NCBI GenBank assembly: GCA_016880655.1
Contig: JAEHDA010000051.1
Span: forward strand, 1-43,378
Direction of reading: 5' to 3'
Length of the DNA stretch: 43,378 nt
Source of the DNA: Rhodocyclaceae bacterium
Lineage (GTDB): Bacteria > Pseudomonadota > Gammaproteobacteria > Burkholderiales > Rhodocyclaceae
This document shows, piece by piece, positions 19,737 to 29,199 of this stretch. The notes below the pieces were generated by a model. That model did not search any database. It saw only the letters and a program-made list of their open reading frames with translations, and was not told the DNA's origin. How positions within the stretch are numbered: the stretch's first letter is position 1; every line of letters starts with the position of its first letter. Made by a program: the position numbers and the translations under genes.

Positions 19737-19849
19737 CGAGTCCCCTCCGCGGCGTTGAGCCGTCGCTTGGCGTTAGAATTGGCGCCCGCCGCAAGGCAGG
19801 TCAGTCAAGATCGGCCATCATTCTAACCGTTCGGTCCGCCAGTACCGCT

Positions 19850-20497
19850 GTGGAAAACCGCAACCGCCTCACCCGCATCTGCATCGTTCGCCATGGCGAG
19901 ACCGACTGGAACGTCGAGAAGCGCATCCAGGGCCATATCGACATTTCCCTGAACGCCGCCGGCCTGGCCCAGGCCGCCGCCGCCGCCGACGGGCTTGCCG
20001 GCCATGAATTCGATGCCGCATACAGCAGCGATCTCGACCGTGCCTGGCAGACCGCGCAGGCTATCGGCCGTAGGCAGGGGCTGGTGGTGCAGCGGGCTGC
20101 GAGCCTGCGCGAGCGGCATTACGGGGTGTTGCAGGGCCTCACCACGGCGGAAATCGCGGTACGTTATCCGAAGGCCTATGCCCGTTACCTGGCGCGGGAT
20201 CCCGATCATTCTTTCAAGACCGGCGAAAGCCTGGTGACATTCGCAGCGCGGATCGTCGCGGCCGTCGAAGCGCTGGCGGCGGCCCATTCCGGCCAGACGC
20301 TGCTGCTGGTCTCCCATGGCGGCGTACTCGACATCTGCTATCGGCGGGCCACCGGCCGCGATCTTTCGGCGCCGCGCGATTTCACGATCCCCAATGCCGC
20401 GCTGAACTGGTTCGACGTAGGGCAGGGCGGTTGGAGCCTGCTGACTTGGGCCGATAGAAGCCACCTGGAGCGGTCGCTGGAAGAATCCCCCGAATGA
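19850..20497 (+). CDS. Histidine phosphatase family protein (phosphoglycerate mutase-like)
   Basis: [12 protein letters not shown] is the RHG catalytic motif, with [10 protein letters not shown] and LLVSHGGVL also present. GTG start. Confidence 0.8.
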   Translation: MENRNRLTRICIVRHGETDWNVEKRIQGHIDISLNAAGLAQAAAAADGLAGHEFDAAYSSDLDRAWQTAQAIGRRQGLVVQRAASLRERHYGVLQGLTTAEIAVRYPKAYARYLARDPDHSFKTGESLVTFAARIVAAVEALAAAHSGQTLLLVSHGGVLDICYRRATGRDLSAPRDFTIPNAALNWFDVGQGGWSLLTWADRSHLERSLEESPE

Positions 20498-20503
20498 TAA
20501 AAT
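20495..20503 (+). promoter_or_regulatory. Candidate extended -10 promoter (TGaTAAAAT) for glyA
   Basis: TGATAAAAT overlaps the upstream stop codon and lies 35 nt before ATG 20538. Confidence 0.35.
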
Positions 20504-20537
20504 CGTAGTTTTCCCTCTTGCCACGAAAGCCGCCGCC

Positions 20538-21785
20538 ATGTTCTCCAGACAAAATACCCTCGCCAAGGTCGACGCCGAGCTCTGGACCGCCATCCAGGCC
20601 GAGAACCGCCGCCAGGAAGATCACATCGAGCTGATCGCCTCGGAGAACTACGTCTCCTGGGCGGTGATGGAGGCTCAGGGATCGCAGCTGACCAACAAGT
20701 ACGCCGAAGGCTATCCTGGCAAGCGCTACTACGGCGGCTGCGAGCATGTCGACGTCGTCGAGCAGCTGGCCATCGATCGCGCCAAGAAGCTGTTCGGCGC
20801 CGATTGCGCCAATGTCCAGCCCAATTCCGGGTCGCAGGCCAACCAGGCCGTGTTCCTGGCCTTCCTCAAGCCCGGGGATACCATTCTGGGCATGAACCTG
20901 GCCATGGGCGGCCACCTGACCCACGGCTCCTCGGTCAATGTATCCGGCAAGTGGTTCAACGTCGTGCCCTACGGCCTTGACGCCCACGAGGACATCGACT
21001 ACGCGGCGCTGGAGAAGCTGGCTCACGAGCACAAGCCCAAGCTGGTCATTGCCGGCGCGTCCGCCTTCGCGCTGAAGATCGATTTCGAGCGCTTCGCCAG
21101 GATCGCCAAGGCGGTCGGCGCCATCTTCATGGTGGACATGGCGCACTACGCCGGCCTGGTCGCCGCGGGCTTCTACCCGAATCCGGTGCCGCACGCCGAC
21201 GTGGTCACCTCCACCACCCACAAGACGTTGCGCGGTCCGCGCGGCGGCCTGATCCTGATGAAGGCCGAGCACGAGAAGGCGATCAACTCCGCGATCTTTC
21301 CCGGCCTGCAAGGCGGTCCGCTGGAGCATGTGATTGCCGGCAAGGCCGTCGCCTTCAAGGAGGCGATGACCAAGGAGTTCAAGGCCTACCAGGAGCAGGT
21401 GATCGATAACGCCCAGGTGATGGTCAAGGTGTTGAAGAGCCGCGGCCTGCGCATCGTTTCCGGCCGCACCGAATCGCATGTCTTCCTGGTCGATCTGCAA
21501 GCGAAGAACATCACCGGCAAGGACGCCGAGGCCGCGCTGGGCAAGGCGCACATCACGGTGAACAAGAATTCGATCCCGAACGATCCGCAAAAGCCCTTCG
21601 TCACCTCGGGCATCCGGATCGGCGCACCGGCCATGACCACGCGCGGCTTCACCGAGATCGAGGCAGAGCAGGTCGCCAACCTGATCGCCGACGTGCTCGA
21701 TCAGCCTGCCGACGAGACGGTGCTGACGCGCGTTCGCAACGAGGTTGGCGCGCTGTGCAAGAAGTTCCCGGTCTACGGAGCGTAA
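20538..21785 (+). CDS. glyA: Serine hydroxymethyltransferase
   Basis: [38 protein letters not shown] and [16 protein letters not shown] (PLP-lysine block). Confidence 0.96.
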   Translation: MFSRQNTLAKVDAELWTAIQAENRRQEDHIELIASENYVSWAVMEAQGSQLTNKYAEGYPGKRYYGGCEHVDVVEQLAIDRAKKLFGADCANVQPNSGSQANQAVFLAFLKPGDTILGMNLAMGGHLTHGSSVNVSGKWFNVVPYGLDAHEDIDYAALEKLAHEHKPKLVIAGASAFALKIDFERFARIAKAVGAIFMVDMAHYAGLVAAGFYPNPVPHADVVTSTTHKTLRGPRGGLILMKAEHEKAINSAIFPGLQGGPLEHVIAGKAVAFKEAMTKEFKAYQEQVIDNAQVMVKVLKSRGLRIVSGRTESHVFLVDLQAKNITGKDAEAALGKAHITVNKNSIPNDPQKPFVTSGIRIGAPAMTTRGFTEIEAEQVANLIADVLDQPADETVLTRVRNEVGALCKKFPVYGA

Positions 21786-21794
21786 CGAAACACC

Positions 21795-22271
21795 ATGAAG
21801 TGTCCGTACTGCGCCGATCCGAACACGCAGGTCGTGGACACCCGCGAGAACGAGGAAGGCGACACCGTGCGCCGTCGTCGGCGCTGCCTCGCCTGCGACA
21901 AGCGTTTCACCACCTACGAGCGCGTCGAACTGCAACTGCCGCTGGTGGTGAAGAAGAACGGCAGCCGCGTCGAGTACGATCGCGACAAGATCGTGGCCAG
22001 CATGGCGCTGGCATTGCGCAAACGGCCGGTGACGACCGAGAGCGTCGACGCCGCCATCGATCGCATCGAGGAGCGGCTGGTGACGCTGGGCGAGCGGGAG
22101 GTGGCGTCGGATCGGGTCGGCGAACTGGTCATGCGCGAGTTGAAGAAGCTCGACAAGATCGCCTACATCCGCTTCGCTTCCGTCTATCGCAACTTCGAGG
22201 ATCTCGACGAGTTCTCGGATGCCATCCGCGAAGTGAAGAAGCCGCGCGTCAAGCGCCCGCCGAGGACATGA
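21795..22271 (+). CDS. nrdR: Transcriptional repressor NrdR
   Basis: [45 protein letters not shown] is the zinc ribbon, followed by an ATP-cone. Confidence 0.95.
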   Translation: MKCPYCADPNTQVVDTRENEEGDTVRRRRRCLACDKRFTTYERVELQLPLVVKKNGSRVEYDRDKIVASMALALRKRPVTTESVDAAIDRIEERLVTLGEREVASDRVGELVMRELKKLDKIAYIRFASVYRNFEDLDEFSDAIREVKKPRVKRPPRT

Positions 22272-23335
22272 CGTTTTCCACCGCCGACCGGGAGTACATG
22301 ATCCGTGCGCTCCGGCTGGCGGCGCAGGGACTCAACACCACTACGCCGAACCCGCGCGTCGGCTGCGTGCTGGTCAAGGACGACAACGTCGTCGGCGAAG
22401 GCTGGCACGAGCGCGCCGGCGAGGCGCACGCCGAAGTGCATGCGTTGCACAATGCGGGCGCCGCCGCACGCGGCGCCACCGCCTATGTCACCCTCGAACC
22501 CTGTGCCCATCACGGCCGCACACCGCCCTGTGCCGAAGCCTTGGTCGACGCCGGTGTCGCCCGCGTGGTCGCGGCGATGCGCGATCCGAATCCGCTCGTG
22601 GCGGGCGAAGGTTTCGCAAAACTGATGCTGGCGGGCATCGAGGTCGAAAGCGGTCTGCTGGAAGAAGATGCGACAAGGCTCAACGTCGGTTTCGTCTCGC
22701 GCATGACGCGCGGGCGCCCCTGGGTGCGCCTGAAGGTCGCCGCGAGCCTCGATGGCAAGACGGCGCTGCTGAATGGCCGATCCCAATGGATCACCGGACC
22801 GGAGGCACGCCGCCATGCCCACGGCTGGCGCGCACGCTCGTGCGCGATCATGACCGGCAGCGGCACCGTGATCGACGACGATCCGAGCCTGACCGTGCGC
22901 GACGTTCCCTGTCAACGACAGCCGCTGCGCGTCGTGGTGGACGGCCGGCTGCAAACGCCGTCGACGGCGAAGGTGCTGGCCGGTGACGGGGCGCTGATCT
23001 TCTCGGCGATGGACGGCAGCCTGCCGGGCGCGGAACTGGTGGTCATGCCGGCCAGTTCCGGCAAGGTCGACCTCGCCGGCGTCATTTCCGAACTCGGCCG
23101 GCGCGGCATCAACGAGCTGATGGTGGAAGGCGGCGCCCGCCTCAACGGTGCCCTGCTGCGAGCCGGACTGGTCGACGAGTTGCTGGTCTATCAGGCACCG
23201 CTGCTGATCGGCGACCAGGCGCGCGGCATGTTCGACCTGCCCGAACTCCTCGACCTCGAAGAGGCGCGTCGACTGGAAGTCGTCGAGCGGCGTGCGCTGG
23301 GACCGGACATCTTCCTGCGCGCGCGCTTCGCCTGA
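22268..23335 (+). CDS. ribD: Bifunctional riboflavin biosynthesis deaminase/reductase RibD
   Basis: ATG 22268 overlaps the nrdR stop (ATGA). HAEVHAL...[14 protein letters not shown] is the CDA zinc motif, with a C-terminal reductase domain. The tracked ORF 21755..23335 is over-extended. Confidence 0.92.
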   Translation: MTFSTADREYMIRALRLAAQGLNTTTPNPRVGCVLVKDDNVVGEGWHERAGEAHAEVHALHNAGAAARGATAYVTLEPCAHHGRTPPCAEALVDAGVARVVAAMRDPNPLVAGEGFAKLMLAGIEVESGLLEEDATRLNVGFVSRMTRGRPWVRLKVAASLDGKTALLNGRSQWITGPEARRHAHGWRARSCAIMTGSGTVIDDDPSLTVRDVPCQRQPLRVVVDGRLQTPSTAKVLAGDGALIFSAMDGSLPGAELVVMPASSGKVDLAGVISELGRRGINELMVEGGARLNGALLRAGLVDELLVYQAPLLIGDQARGMFDLPELLDLEEARRLEVVERRALGPDIFLRARFA

Positions 23336-23346
23336 GCGGCGCCCCG

Positions 23347-23370
23347 GAAAGTCAGCCGCGGCGGTACGCC
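23347..23370 (+). repeat. 24-nt word copy 5: GAAAGTCAGCCGCGGCGGTACGCC (21/24)
   Basis: Spans the ribD/moeB convergent gap and the moeB 3' end. Its antisense supplies AYRRG-stop. Confidence 0.9.
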
Positions 23371-24110
23371 GCGCAGACGGCGCAGCCAGGGTCGCGCGGC
23401 ACCGCGATCTGCCGCCACTCCATGCCCAGGCCATCGAGCAGCAGCAGCCGGCCGGCCAGCGAGTTGCCGCAGCCGATGACGAGCTTGAGCGCTTCGGCTG
23501 CCTGCACCGTACCAATGATGCCGGTCAGCGGCGCGAACACGCCCATCACCGCGCAGCGTACTTCCTCGACATCTTCGCTCTCGGGGAAGAGGCAGTGGTA
23601 GCAGGGCGCATCGGCGCGGCGGCTGTCGAATACCGCAACCTGGCCGTCGAACCGGATCGCGGCGCCCGATACCAGCGGCTTGCCGAACTTCACGCAGGCG
23701 CGGTTGACGGCATGCCGGGTGGCGAAGTTGTCGCAGCAGTCGAGTATCACGTCGGCCGCCGCGACTTCCTCATCCAGTCGGGCGCCCTCCAGCCGCTCCA
23801 GCAGCGGTACGACGCGGCACGCCGGATTGATGCGCGCCAGCGTGTCGCGGCCCGATTCGGCCTTTGGCTGGCCGATCGCGCCGGTGTGATGGAGGATCTG
23901 CCGTTGCAGGTTGGTGAGGTCCACCGTGTCGCCGTCGGCCAGCACCAGCGTGCCGATGCCTGCGGAAGCAAGATAGTAGGCGGCTGGGGAGCCAAGTCCG
24001 CCGGCGCCGATCACCAGCGCGCGGGCGGCGAGCAGGCGCTCCTGGCCCTCGACGCCGATTTGCGGCAGCAGGATGTGACGGCTGTAGCGGAGGAGTTGCC
24101 GGTCGTCCAT
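23352..24110 (-). CDS. moeB: Molybdopterin-synthase adenylyltransferase (MoeB/ThiF/HesA family)
   Basis: RYSRHILLPQIGVEGQERLLAARALVIGAGGLGSPAAYYLASAGIG is the E1-like Rossmann fold. CYHC and CAVC are the zinc cysteine pairs. Confidence 0.8.
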   Translation of the reverse strand: MDDRQLLRYSRHILLPQIGVEGQERLLAARALVIGAGGLGSPAAYYLASAGIGTLVLADGDTVDLTNLQRQILHHTGAIGQPKAESGRDTLARINPACRVVPLLERLEGARLDEEVAAADVILDCCDNFATRHAVNRACVKFGKPLVSGAAIRFDGQVAVFDSRRADAPCYHCLFPESEDVEEVRCAVMGVFAPLTGIIGTVQAAEALKLVIGCGNSLAGRLLLLDGLGMEWRQIAVPRDPGCAVCAAYRRG

Positions 24111-24126
24111 GTCGGACGGCCCGATC

Positions 24127-24597
24127 TCAGCGATCGACCCGCAGCTCGGGCGGCGTGTCGTCGTGATCGCCGTGCGGATGGTGTTCCCAGGCCTTCGAAT
24201 AGACCTCGTGCGACTTCTTGATCAGTCGCTGCGGACCGTGCATGTTGCGCAACTGGGTGTCCTCGGAATAGTAGACCAGTGCGCGGACCAGTTTGGCGAA
24301 GAGGGAGCTGTCGAGATGAAAACCCTCGTGACGCAATGCGGTTTCCACGCCCTCCAGGGTATGCTCCTCGATCTCGTAGGTAAGCGAGATGCTGTATTGC
24401 GCGGAACCGAACGCCAGTTCCAGCCCCTTGAGGCGCTCCAGCAGCAGCCACGCCCGCTCCACTTGTCCCAAGGGCACTTCGGCGAAGCGCACTTCGCGGT
24501 GCTTGCGCGTCCCCGTCTGCGGCAGCAGCGGGTGGGGGCGCGAAAGGCCGCGCTCCTTGTCCCTGATCAGCCGTGCCTGCTCGGGGTTGAGTCTCAT
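24127..24597 (-). CDS. Hypothetical protein (156 aa) with His/Asp-rich C-terminus, translationally coupled to ctpA
   Basis: The last 156 codons of tracked ORF 24127..26238. ATG 24597 overlaps the ctpA stop (ATGA). MRLNPEQARLIRDKERGL...YSISLTYEIEEHTLEGVETALRHEGFHLD...WEHHPHGDHDDTPPELRVDR. Family not recognised. Confidence 0.6.
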   Translation of the reverse strand: MRLNPEQARLIRDKERGLSRPHPLLPQTGTRKHREVRFAEVPLGQVERAWLLLERLKGLELAFGSAQYSISLTYEIEEHTLEGVETALRHEGFHLDSSLFAKLVRALVYYSEDTQLRNMHGPQRLIKKSHEVYSKAWEHHPHGDHDDTPPELRVDR

Positions 24598-26027
24598 TTT
24601 GCCTTGATCACCTGCCAGGCCTTGAGCAGATTCATGGCTTGAGCAAGCTGGTAGTCGTTCTTGGACGCGATTTCGAAGGGCGCCTGCTTGGCGGCCTCTT
24701 CGTCGTCGTCCTTGCCGCTCTTGCCCTTGCCGTTCTTCGTTTGCGGCTTGGCCGGCTTGTCTGCGTCCCTGGTTTCCTTGGCCGGCAGCTTTTCCTTGTC
24801 GTTGTCGAGATGGCGATCGAGGTCGGCTTCGCGCAGGCGCTCGTGGCGGTCGCCATTGGCGGTTTCCTCGACGACGACATCCGGCTCGATACCCTTGGCC
24901 TGGATCGAGCGGCCGCTGGGCGTGTAGTAGCGCGCGGTCGTCAGCTTGACCGCGGTGTTGTTCGACAGCGGCAACACAGTCTGCACCGAGCCCTTGCCGA
25001 AGGTCTGGGTGCCCATGATCACGGCACGTTTGTGATCCTGTAGCGCGCCGGCGACGATTTCCGAAGCCGAGGCGGAGCCACCGTTGACCAATACCACCAG
25101 CGGCACCGTCTTGATGCTGGCGGGCAGATCCTTCAGGAAGTCCGCCTTTTGGCCGCGCAGGTAATCTTCCGTGCTCGCCAGATACTTGCGCTTGGCGTCC
25201 TCGGTGCGGCCGTCGGTCGAGGTGATCAGAGTCTTGGCCGGCAGGAAGGCCGCGGACACGCCGATCGCGCCGTGCAGCAGGCCGCCCGGGTCGTTGCGCA
25301 GGTCGAGCACCAGTCCCTTGATCGGTTCGACCTTGCCGTCCTTGTCCTTCTCCTTGTACAGCTTGTCGATATGCCGTGCCAGATCGGCCGCGGTTTCCTC
25401 CTGGAATTGGGTGACGCGCAGGTAGCCGTAGCCCGACTCGACGAGCTTCGACTTGACGCTTTGCACCTTGATCTTGTCGCGCACGATGACGAATTCGAGC
25501 GGCTTGGTCTCGCCCTTGCGGGCCACGGTCAGCTTTATCGAGGTCTTCGGCTTGCCGCGCATTTTCTTGACGGCGTCGGCAAGCGTCATGCCCTTCACGG
25601 GGGTATCGTCGAGCTTGATGATCAGGTCGCCGGACTTGATGCCGGCGCGATAGGCGGGCGTGTCCTCGATGGGCGAGACGACCTTGACGAAGCCATCTTC
25701 CATGCCGACCTCGATGCCCAGGCCGCCGAATTCGCCCTGCGTGCTGACCTGCAAATCCTTGAACGCCTCGGCGTCGAGGTAGGCGGAGTGCGGATCGAGG
25801 TTGGCGAGCATGCCGCTGATCGCGTAGGTGATCAGCTTCTTGTCCTCGACGGGCTCGACATAGCCCTGCTTGATGGCGCCGAATACATCGGCGAAGGTGC
25901 GCAACTCCTCGACCGGCAGCGGCGAAGCTGCTTCCTTCTGGGCCACTGCCGAGAACTGGACGCTGATCAGGATGCCGGCAACGAGGCCGACGAGGACCAG
26001 ACCGGCTTGCTGAAATTTGCTGCGCAT
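24594..26027 (-). CDS. ctpA: Carboxy-terminal processing protease (peptidase S41)
   Basis: Signal anchor, a PDZ domain (GGLGIEVGMEDGFVKVVSPIEDTPAYRAGIKSGDLIIKLD), then LDLRNDPGGLL, GSASASEIVAGALQD and TFGKGSVQ. Confidence 0.92.
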   Translation of the reverse strand: MRSKFQQAGLVLVGLVAGILISVQFSAVAQKEAASPLPVEELRTFADVFGAIKQGYVEPVEDKKLITYAISGMLANLDPHSAYLDAEAFKDLQVSTQGEFGGLGIEVGMEDGFVKVVSPIEDTPAYRAGIKSGDLIIKLDDTPVKGMTLADAVKKMRGKPKTSIKLTVARKGETKPLEFVIVRDKIKVQSVKSKLVESGYGYLRVTQFQEETAADLARHIDKLYKEKDKDGKVEPIKGLVLDLRNDPGGLLHGAIGVSAAFLPAKTLITSTDGRTEDAKRKYLASTEDYLRGQKADFLKDLPASIKTVPLVVLVNGGSASASEIVAGALQDHKRAVIMGTQTFGKGSVQTVLPLSNNTAVKLTTARYYTPSGRSIQAKGIEPDVVVEETANGDRHERLREADLDRHLDNDKEKLPAKETRDADKPAKPQTKNGKGKSGKDDDEEAAKQAPFEIASKNDYQLAQAMNLLKAWQVIKAK

Positions 26028-26050
26028 GGATGCTCCGTCGAAGAAGGGAA

Positions 26051-27286
26051 TCAGCGCAGACGGACCCAGCGGATCGGGTCGAATGCCTGTCCCTGATGTC
26101 TAAGCTCAAAGTATAAACCCGATTCCGGGTTGCCGCCCGTGCTGCCGACCGTGGCGACGACCTCGCCGGGCGCGACGCGCTGGCCGGTTTCCTTGAGCAG
26201 CGACTGGTTGTTGCCATAGACGGAGAGGAAGTCATCACCGTGGTCCACCACCATCAGGTTGCCGAATCCGCGCAACCAGTCGGCGAAGACTACTTCGCCT
26301 GCGGCGACCGCCTTTACCTCGGCGCCCTCCGTGGCGCGGATGAACAATCCCTTCCAGGTGGCGCCGCCTTCCGGACGCGCCTTGCCGAAGCGGCTGGCAA
26401 TCTCGCCGCGTACCGGCAGGCTCAACTTGCCGCGCAAGGCCGCGAAAGCGCCGCCGGCTTGCGCCGGGTCGGGCGTCCGTTCATTGCGAACCGAGGTGGA
26501 CGGCTTCCTGCCCGGTGCCGGTTTGGCCGGACGCTTGGCGGCCTGGGCCAGCTTCGCGAGCAGATCGGTCAGCCGTTTCTCGTCGCGCTGTAGCGCGCCT
26601 ATCTCCTTCCGCTGCGCCTTGATCTTGTCGGCGGTGCGGACCAGCAGCGCGTGACGCTGCTTCTGCTGGTCGAGCAGCCTGGTGCGCGCCTGCTGCTGCT
26701 TCTCCTCGATGGCGGCCAGTTCCGCGTTTTTTTCCCGTGCCGATTCGGCCAGGCGTTTCTTTTCCCTGGCCTTGCCGCGCAGGTCGGCGATCAGTTCGGC
26801 TTTCGCCAGCGACAGGCGCTTCAGGTAGTGATAGTCAAGCGCCGCTTGATTGGGGTCGCGACCGCTCATCAGCAGGCTGAAGGCATCCATCTCGGTGCGG
26901 CTGCCGAGCGTGTAGTGGCGGTAGAGCAGGCGCGACAGGTGTTCCTGTTGCACTGCGGTCTGCTCGGCGAGTCGCCGCGACTGACTTTCGAGGCCGCGGA
27001 TATCGCCCTGGACGGCAATGCGCTTATCGGCAAGATGGTGAATGCCGCGGTTGGCGTCCGATATCGCCGACTCGGTTTCGCGCAACTGGTCGGCAACGTC
27101 GGCGCGCGATTCCTCGCTCTTGGCCAGGTCGCGACGCAGGGTCTCGATGCGTTCCCGCACTTCCCCCTGCTGTTCCTTCAGTTCCGCCTTGCGCGTCGCC
27201 GGAGAAGCGGCGAGCGTCGTCCCGCAGATGACCGCGAAAAGGACGCCGACAACGGCGCCGCTACTTCGCCTTGCCTTGGTTGGCAA
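26051..27286 (-). CDS. Murein hydrolase activator / M23 peptidase (EnvC-like, coiled-coil N-terminus)
   Basis: A long coiled coil followed by a C-terminal LytM domain ([29 protein letters not shown]...[24 protein letters not shown]). The start is set at TTG 27286, giving the signal peptide [29 protein letters not shown]. No ATG or GTG start exists downstream of the gpmA stop, so this start is uncertain. Confidence 0.8.
   Translation of the reverse strand: MPTKARRSSGAVVGVLFAVICGTTLAASPATRKAELKEQQGEVRERIETLRRDLAKSEESRADVADQLRETESAISDANRGIHHLADKRIAVQGDIRGLESQSRRLAEQTAVQQEHLSRLLYRHYTLGSRTEMDAFSLLMSGRDPNQAALDYHYLKRLSLAKAELIADLRGKAREKKRLAESAREKNAELAAIEEKQQQARTRLLDQQKQRHALLVRTADKIKAQRKEIGALQRDEKRLTDLLAKLAQAAKRPAKPAPGRKPSTSVRNERTPDPAQAGGAFAALRGKLSLPVRGEIASRFGKARPEGGATWKGLFIRATEGAEVKAVAAGEVVFADWLRGFGNLMVVDHGDDFLSVYGNNQSLLKETGQRVAPGEVVATVGSTGGNPESGLYFELRHQGQAFDPIRWVRLR
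26966..26989 (-). repeat. 24-nt word copy 6: GAAAGTCAGTCGCGGCGACTCGCC (21/24)
   Basis: Inside the M23 peptidase coiled coil, sense. The host reads ESQSRRLA. Confidence 0.85.
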
Positions 27287-28007
27287 CCGCGTCCATCGCC
27301 TTCTTGATCGCCTCTTCGTCGCCCAGGTAGTAACTCTTGATGGGCTTGAGGTCGGCATCCAGTTCATAGACCAGCGGCTGACCCGTGGGAACGTTGAGGC
27401 CGACGATGTCCTGGTCGGGGATGTTGTCGAGATACTTGATCAGGGCGCGCAGGCTGTTGCCATGCGCAACGACGATGATACTCTTGCCGGACTTGACGGC
27501 CGGTGCAATGGTTTCGTGCCAGTAAGGCAGGAAGCGGGCGACTGTGTCCTTGAGGCATTCGGTGCGCGGAAACTGGCCGGTCGCCAGGTTTGCGTAGCGC
27601 GGATCGGCGGCCTCGATGCGCGGATCGCCCTCAGCCAGCGCTGGCGGCGGCGTGTCGTAGGAACGGCGCCAGACCTTGACCTGGTCCTCGCCGAACTTCA
27701 CCGCGGTTTCTGCCTTGTTGAGGCCTTGCAGGGCGCCGTAGTGGCGCTCGTTCAGCCGCCAGGAGTGATGGATCGGAATCCACATCCGGTCCATGACTTC
27801 CAGCGCCGTCCACAGCGTCTTGATGGCGCGCTTGAGCACCGAGGTGTAGGCGACGTCGAAGGCGAACCCGGCATCTTTCATCAATCTGCCGGCGGTATTC
27901 GCTTCGGCCATGCCCTTGTCGGTCAGGCCGACGTCGGTCCAGCCGGTGAAGCGGTTTTCCTGGTTCCAGACGGATTCGCCGTGGCGGAGGAGGACGAGCT
28001 TGTACAT
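27261..28007 (-). CDS. gpmA: 2,3-bisphosphoglycerate-dependent phosphoglycerate mutase
   Basis: ORF trimmed to ATG 28007: [29 protein letters not shown]..., and RSYDTPPP. 248 aa. Confidence 0.95.
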   Translation of the reverse strand: MYKLVLLRHGESVWNQENRFTGWTDVGLTDKGMAEANTAGRLMKDAGFAFDVAYTSVLKRAIKTLWTALEVMDRMWIPIHHSWRLNERHYGALQGLNKAETAVKFGEDQVKVWRRSYDTPPPALAEGDPRIEAADPRYANLATGQFPRTECLKDTVARFLPYWHETIAPAVKSGKSIIVVAHGNSLRALIKYLDNIPDQDIVGLNVPTGQPLVYELDADLKPIKSYYLGDEEAIKKAMDAVANQGKAK

Positions 28008-28087
28008 GATGGAATGGGAGGTTGGGCGGATGGGAGGCAGAGGCCGCAAATGATAAAACCAATCGCCGCAGCGCAAAAACAGTATTC

Positions 28088-28093
28088 TATAAT
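28088..28093 (+). promoter_or_regulatory. Candidate -10 box (TATAAT) in the gpmA/arsR-like divergent region
   Basis: A perfect TATAAT inside the AT-rich stretch agtattcTATAATatttgca, 34 nt upstream of ATG 28127. The reverse strand of the same stretch offers TATTAT/TAGAAT for gpmA. Confidence 0.35.
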
Positions 28094-28126
28094 ATTTGCA
28101 TTGTCCGGAATGCGAAGGGGGAAGGC

Positions 28127-28456
28127 ATGGGCACCAGCGCGATTCATGATCTGATCGACCAGCAGGATCACATTGAAACTGCCGCCCGGTCGTTGAAGGC
28201 GATATCCCACCCGTTGCGCCTGAAGATTCTCTGCGTGGTCGGCGACGAGGAAGTCTGCGTGCAGGACATCGTCGATGCCGTTGGCACCTCGCAGAGCAAT
28301 ATCTCGCAGCATCTGGGCATCCTGCGCGACAAAGGCGTGCTACAGACGCGCAAGGATGCCAATCGTGTTTATTATCGCGTCGCCGATCCGCGCACCCTGC
28401 AACTGATCGGGCTGATGCGCGAGGTGTTCTGCGGGGTTGCGGGATACAAGAGCTGA
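28127..28456 (+). CDS. ArsR/SmtB-family transcriptional regulator (BigR/SqrR-like cysteine pair)
   Basis: ORF trimmed to ATG 28127. [58 protein letters not shown] is the ArsR wHTH. Cys36 and Cys102 are 66 residues apart. Confidence 0.85.
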   Translation: MGTSAIHDLIDQQDHIETAARSLKAISHPLRLKILCVVGDEEVCVQDIVDAVGTSQSNISQHLGILRDKGVLQTRKDANRVYYRVADPRTLQLIGLMREVFCGVAGYKS

Positions 28457-28465
28457 GAGGGCCAG

Positions 28466-28873
28466 ATGGAATTCGTGCAGCAGAACATGATGTGGGTCAT
28501 TGCCGCCATTGTCAGCGGCGCCATGCTCGTCAATTCGTTCATCCGCGGTGGCGGCAAGGGTGTTTCGGTCTCCGAGGCGACGCTGCTGATCAACCGCGAG
28601 GACGCCCTGGTGCTCGACGTGCGGGAGACCAGCGAGTGGTCGACCGGACATATCCCCAACGCCCGCCACATCGCGCTCGGCCAGTTGTCGAAGCACGTCA
28701 GCGAACTGGAAAAGTTCAAGGACAAGCCTGTGATCGTTTGCTGCGCCAGCGGCAATCGTTCGTCGAATGCCTGCGGCACCTTGCAGCGCGCCGGCTTTCC
28801 GCGGGTATTCAATCTCAGCGGCGGCATTGGCGCCTGGACCGGCGCCGGCCTGCCCGTCACCACCAAGGGTTGA
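28466..28873 (+). CDS. Membrane-anchored rhodanese-domain sulfurtransferase
   Basis: N-terminal TM segment ([15 protein letters not shown]), then a rhodanese fold with the active-site loop VCCASGNRS. Confidence 0.85.
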   Translation: MEFVQQNMMWVIAAIVSGAMLVNSFIRGGGKGVSVSEATLLINREDALVLDVRETSEWSTGHIPNARHIALGQLSKHVSELEKFKDKPVIVCCASGNRSSNACGTLQRAGFPRVFNLSGGIGAWTGAGLPVTTKG

Positions 28874-28878
28874 ACGCC

Positions 28879-29136
28879 GTGCCGAACGTTCTCATGTATT
28901 GCACCGCCGTGTGCCCGTACTGTGTCCGCGCCGAGGCGCTGCTCAAGCGCAAAGGCGTGACGGAGATCGAAAAGGTTCGCATCGACCTCGAACCCGCCCG
29001 CAGTGACGAGATGATCGCCCGCACCGGCCGTCGCACCGTGCCGCAGATCTACATCGGCGAAACGCACGTCGGAGGCTGCGACGACCTGCACGATCTCGAC
29101 CGCCAGGGGAAGCTCGATGCCCTGCTGGCGGTGTAA
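28879..29136 (+). CDS. grxC: Glutaredoxin 3
   Basis: GTG 28879. (M)PNVLMYCTAVCPYCVRAEALLKRKGV...RTVPQIYIGETHVGGCDDL carries the CPYC active site. Confidence 0.88.
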   Translation: MPNVLMYCTAVCPYCVRAEALLKRKGVTEIEKVRIDLEPARSDEMIARTGRRTVPQIYIGETHVGGCDDLHDLDRQGKLDALLAV

Positions 29137-29199
29137 CGGGTTGGCAATCGGGCCTGCGGTAGAATCGCCGCTCGTTTCCACTTACCGCGTCCCACCGTC

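Noticed and set aside
16061-23515. Long ORFs 16061..17335(-), 17357..18286(-), 17500..19284(+), 20382..21935(-), 22184..23515(-), 23292..24221(+)
   Set aside because: They are antisense or out-of-frame to dctP, dctM, glyA, nrdR/ribD and moeB. No motifs are present, and the amino-acid composition is Arg/Gly/His/Asp-rich.
23520-23543. Word-like sequence GCCGGTCAGCGGCGCGAACACGCC (16/24) inside moeB
   Set aside because: Only the GTCAGC and ACACGCC parts match and the AAAG part is missing. It is probably chance, or at best a very decayed copy.
24598-26238. The N-terminal 547 codons of the 703-aa ORF 24127..26238(-)
   Set aside because: This part overlaps ctpA out of frame and is extremely Arg/Gly/Gln-rich. 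Only the last 156 codons, from ATG 24597, look like a real gene.
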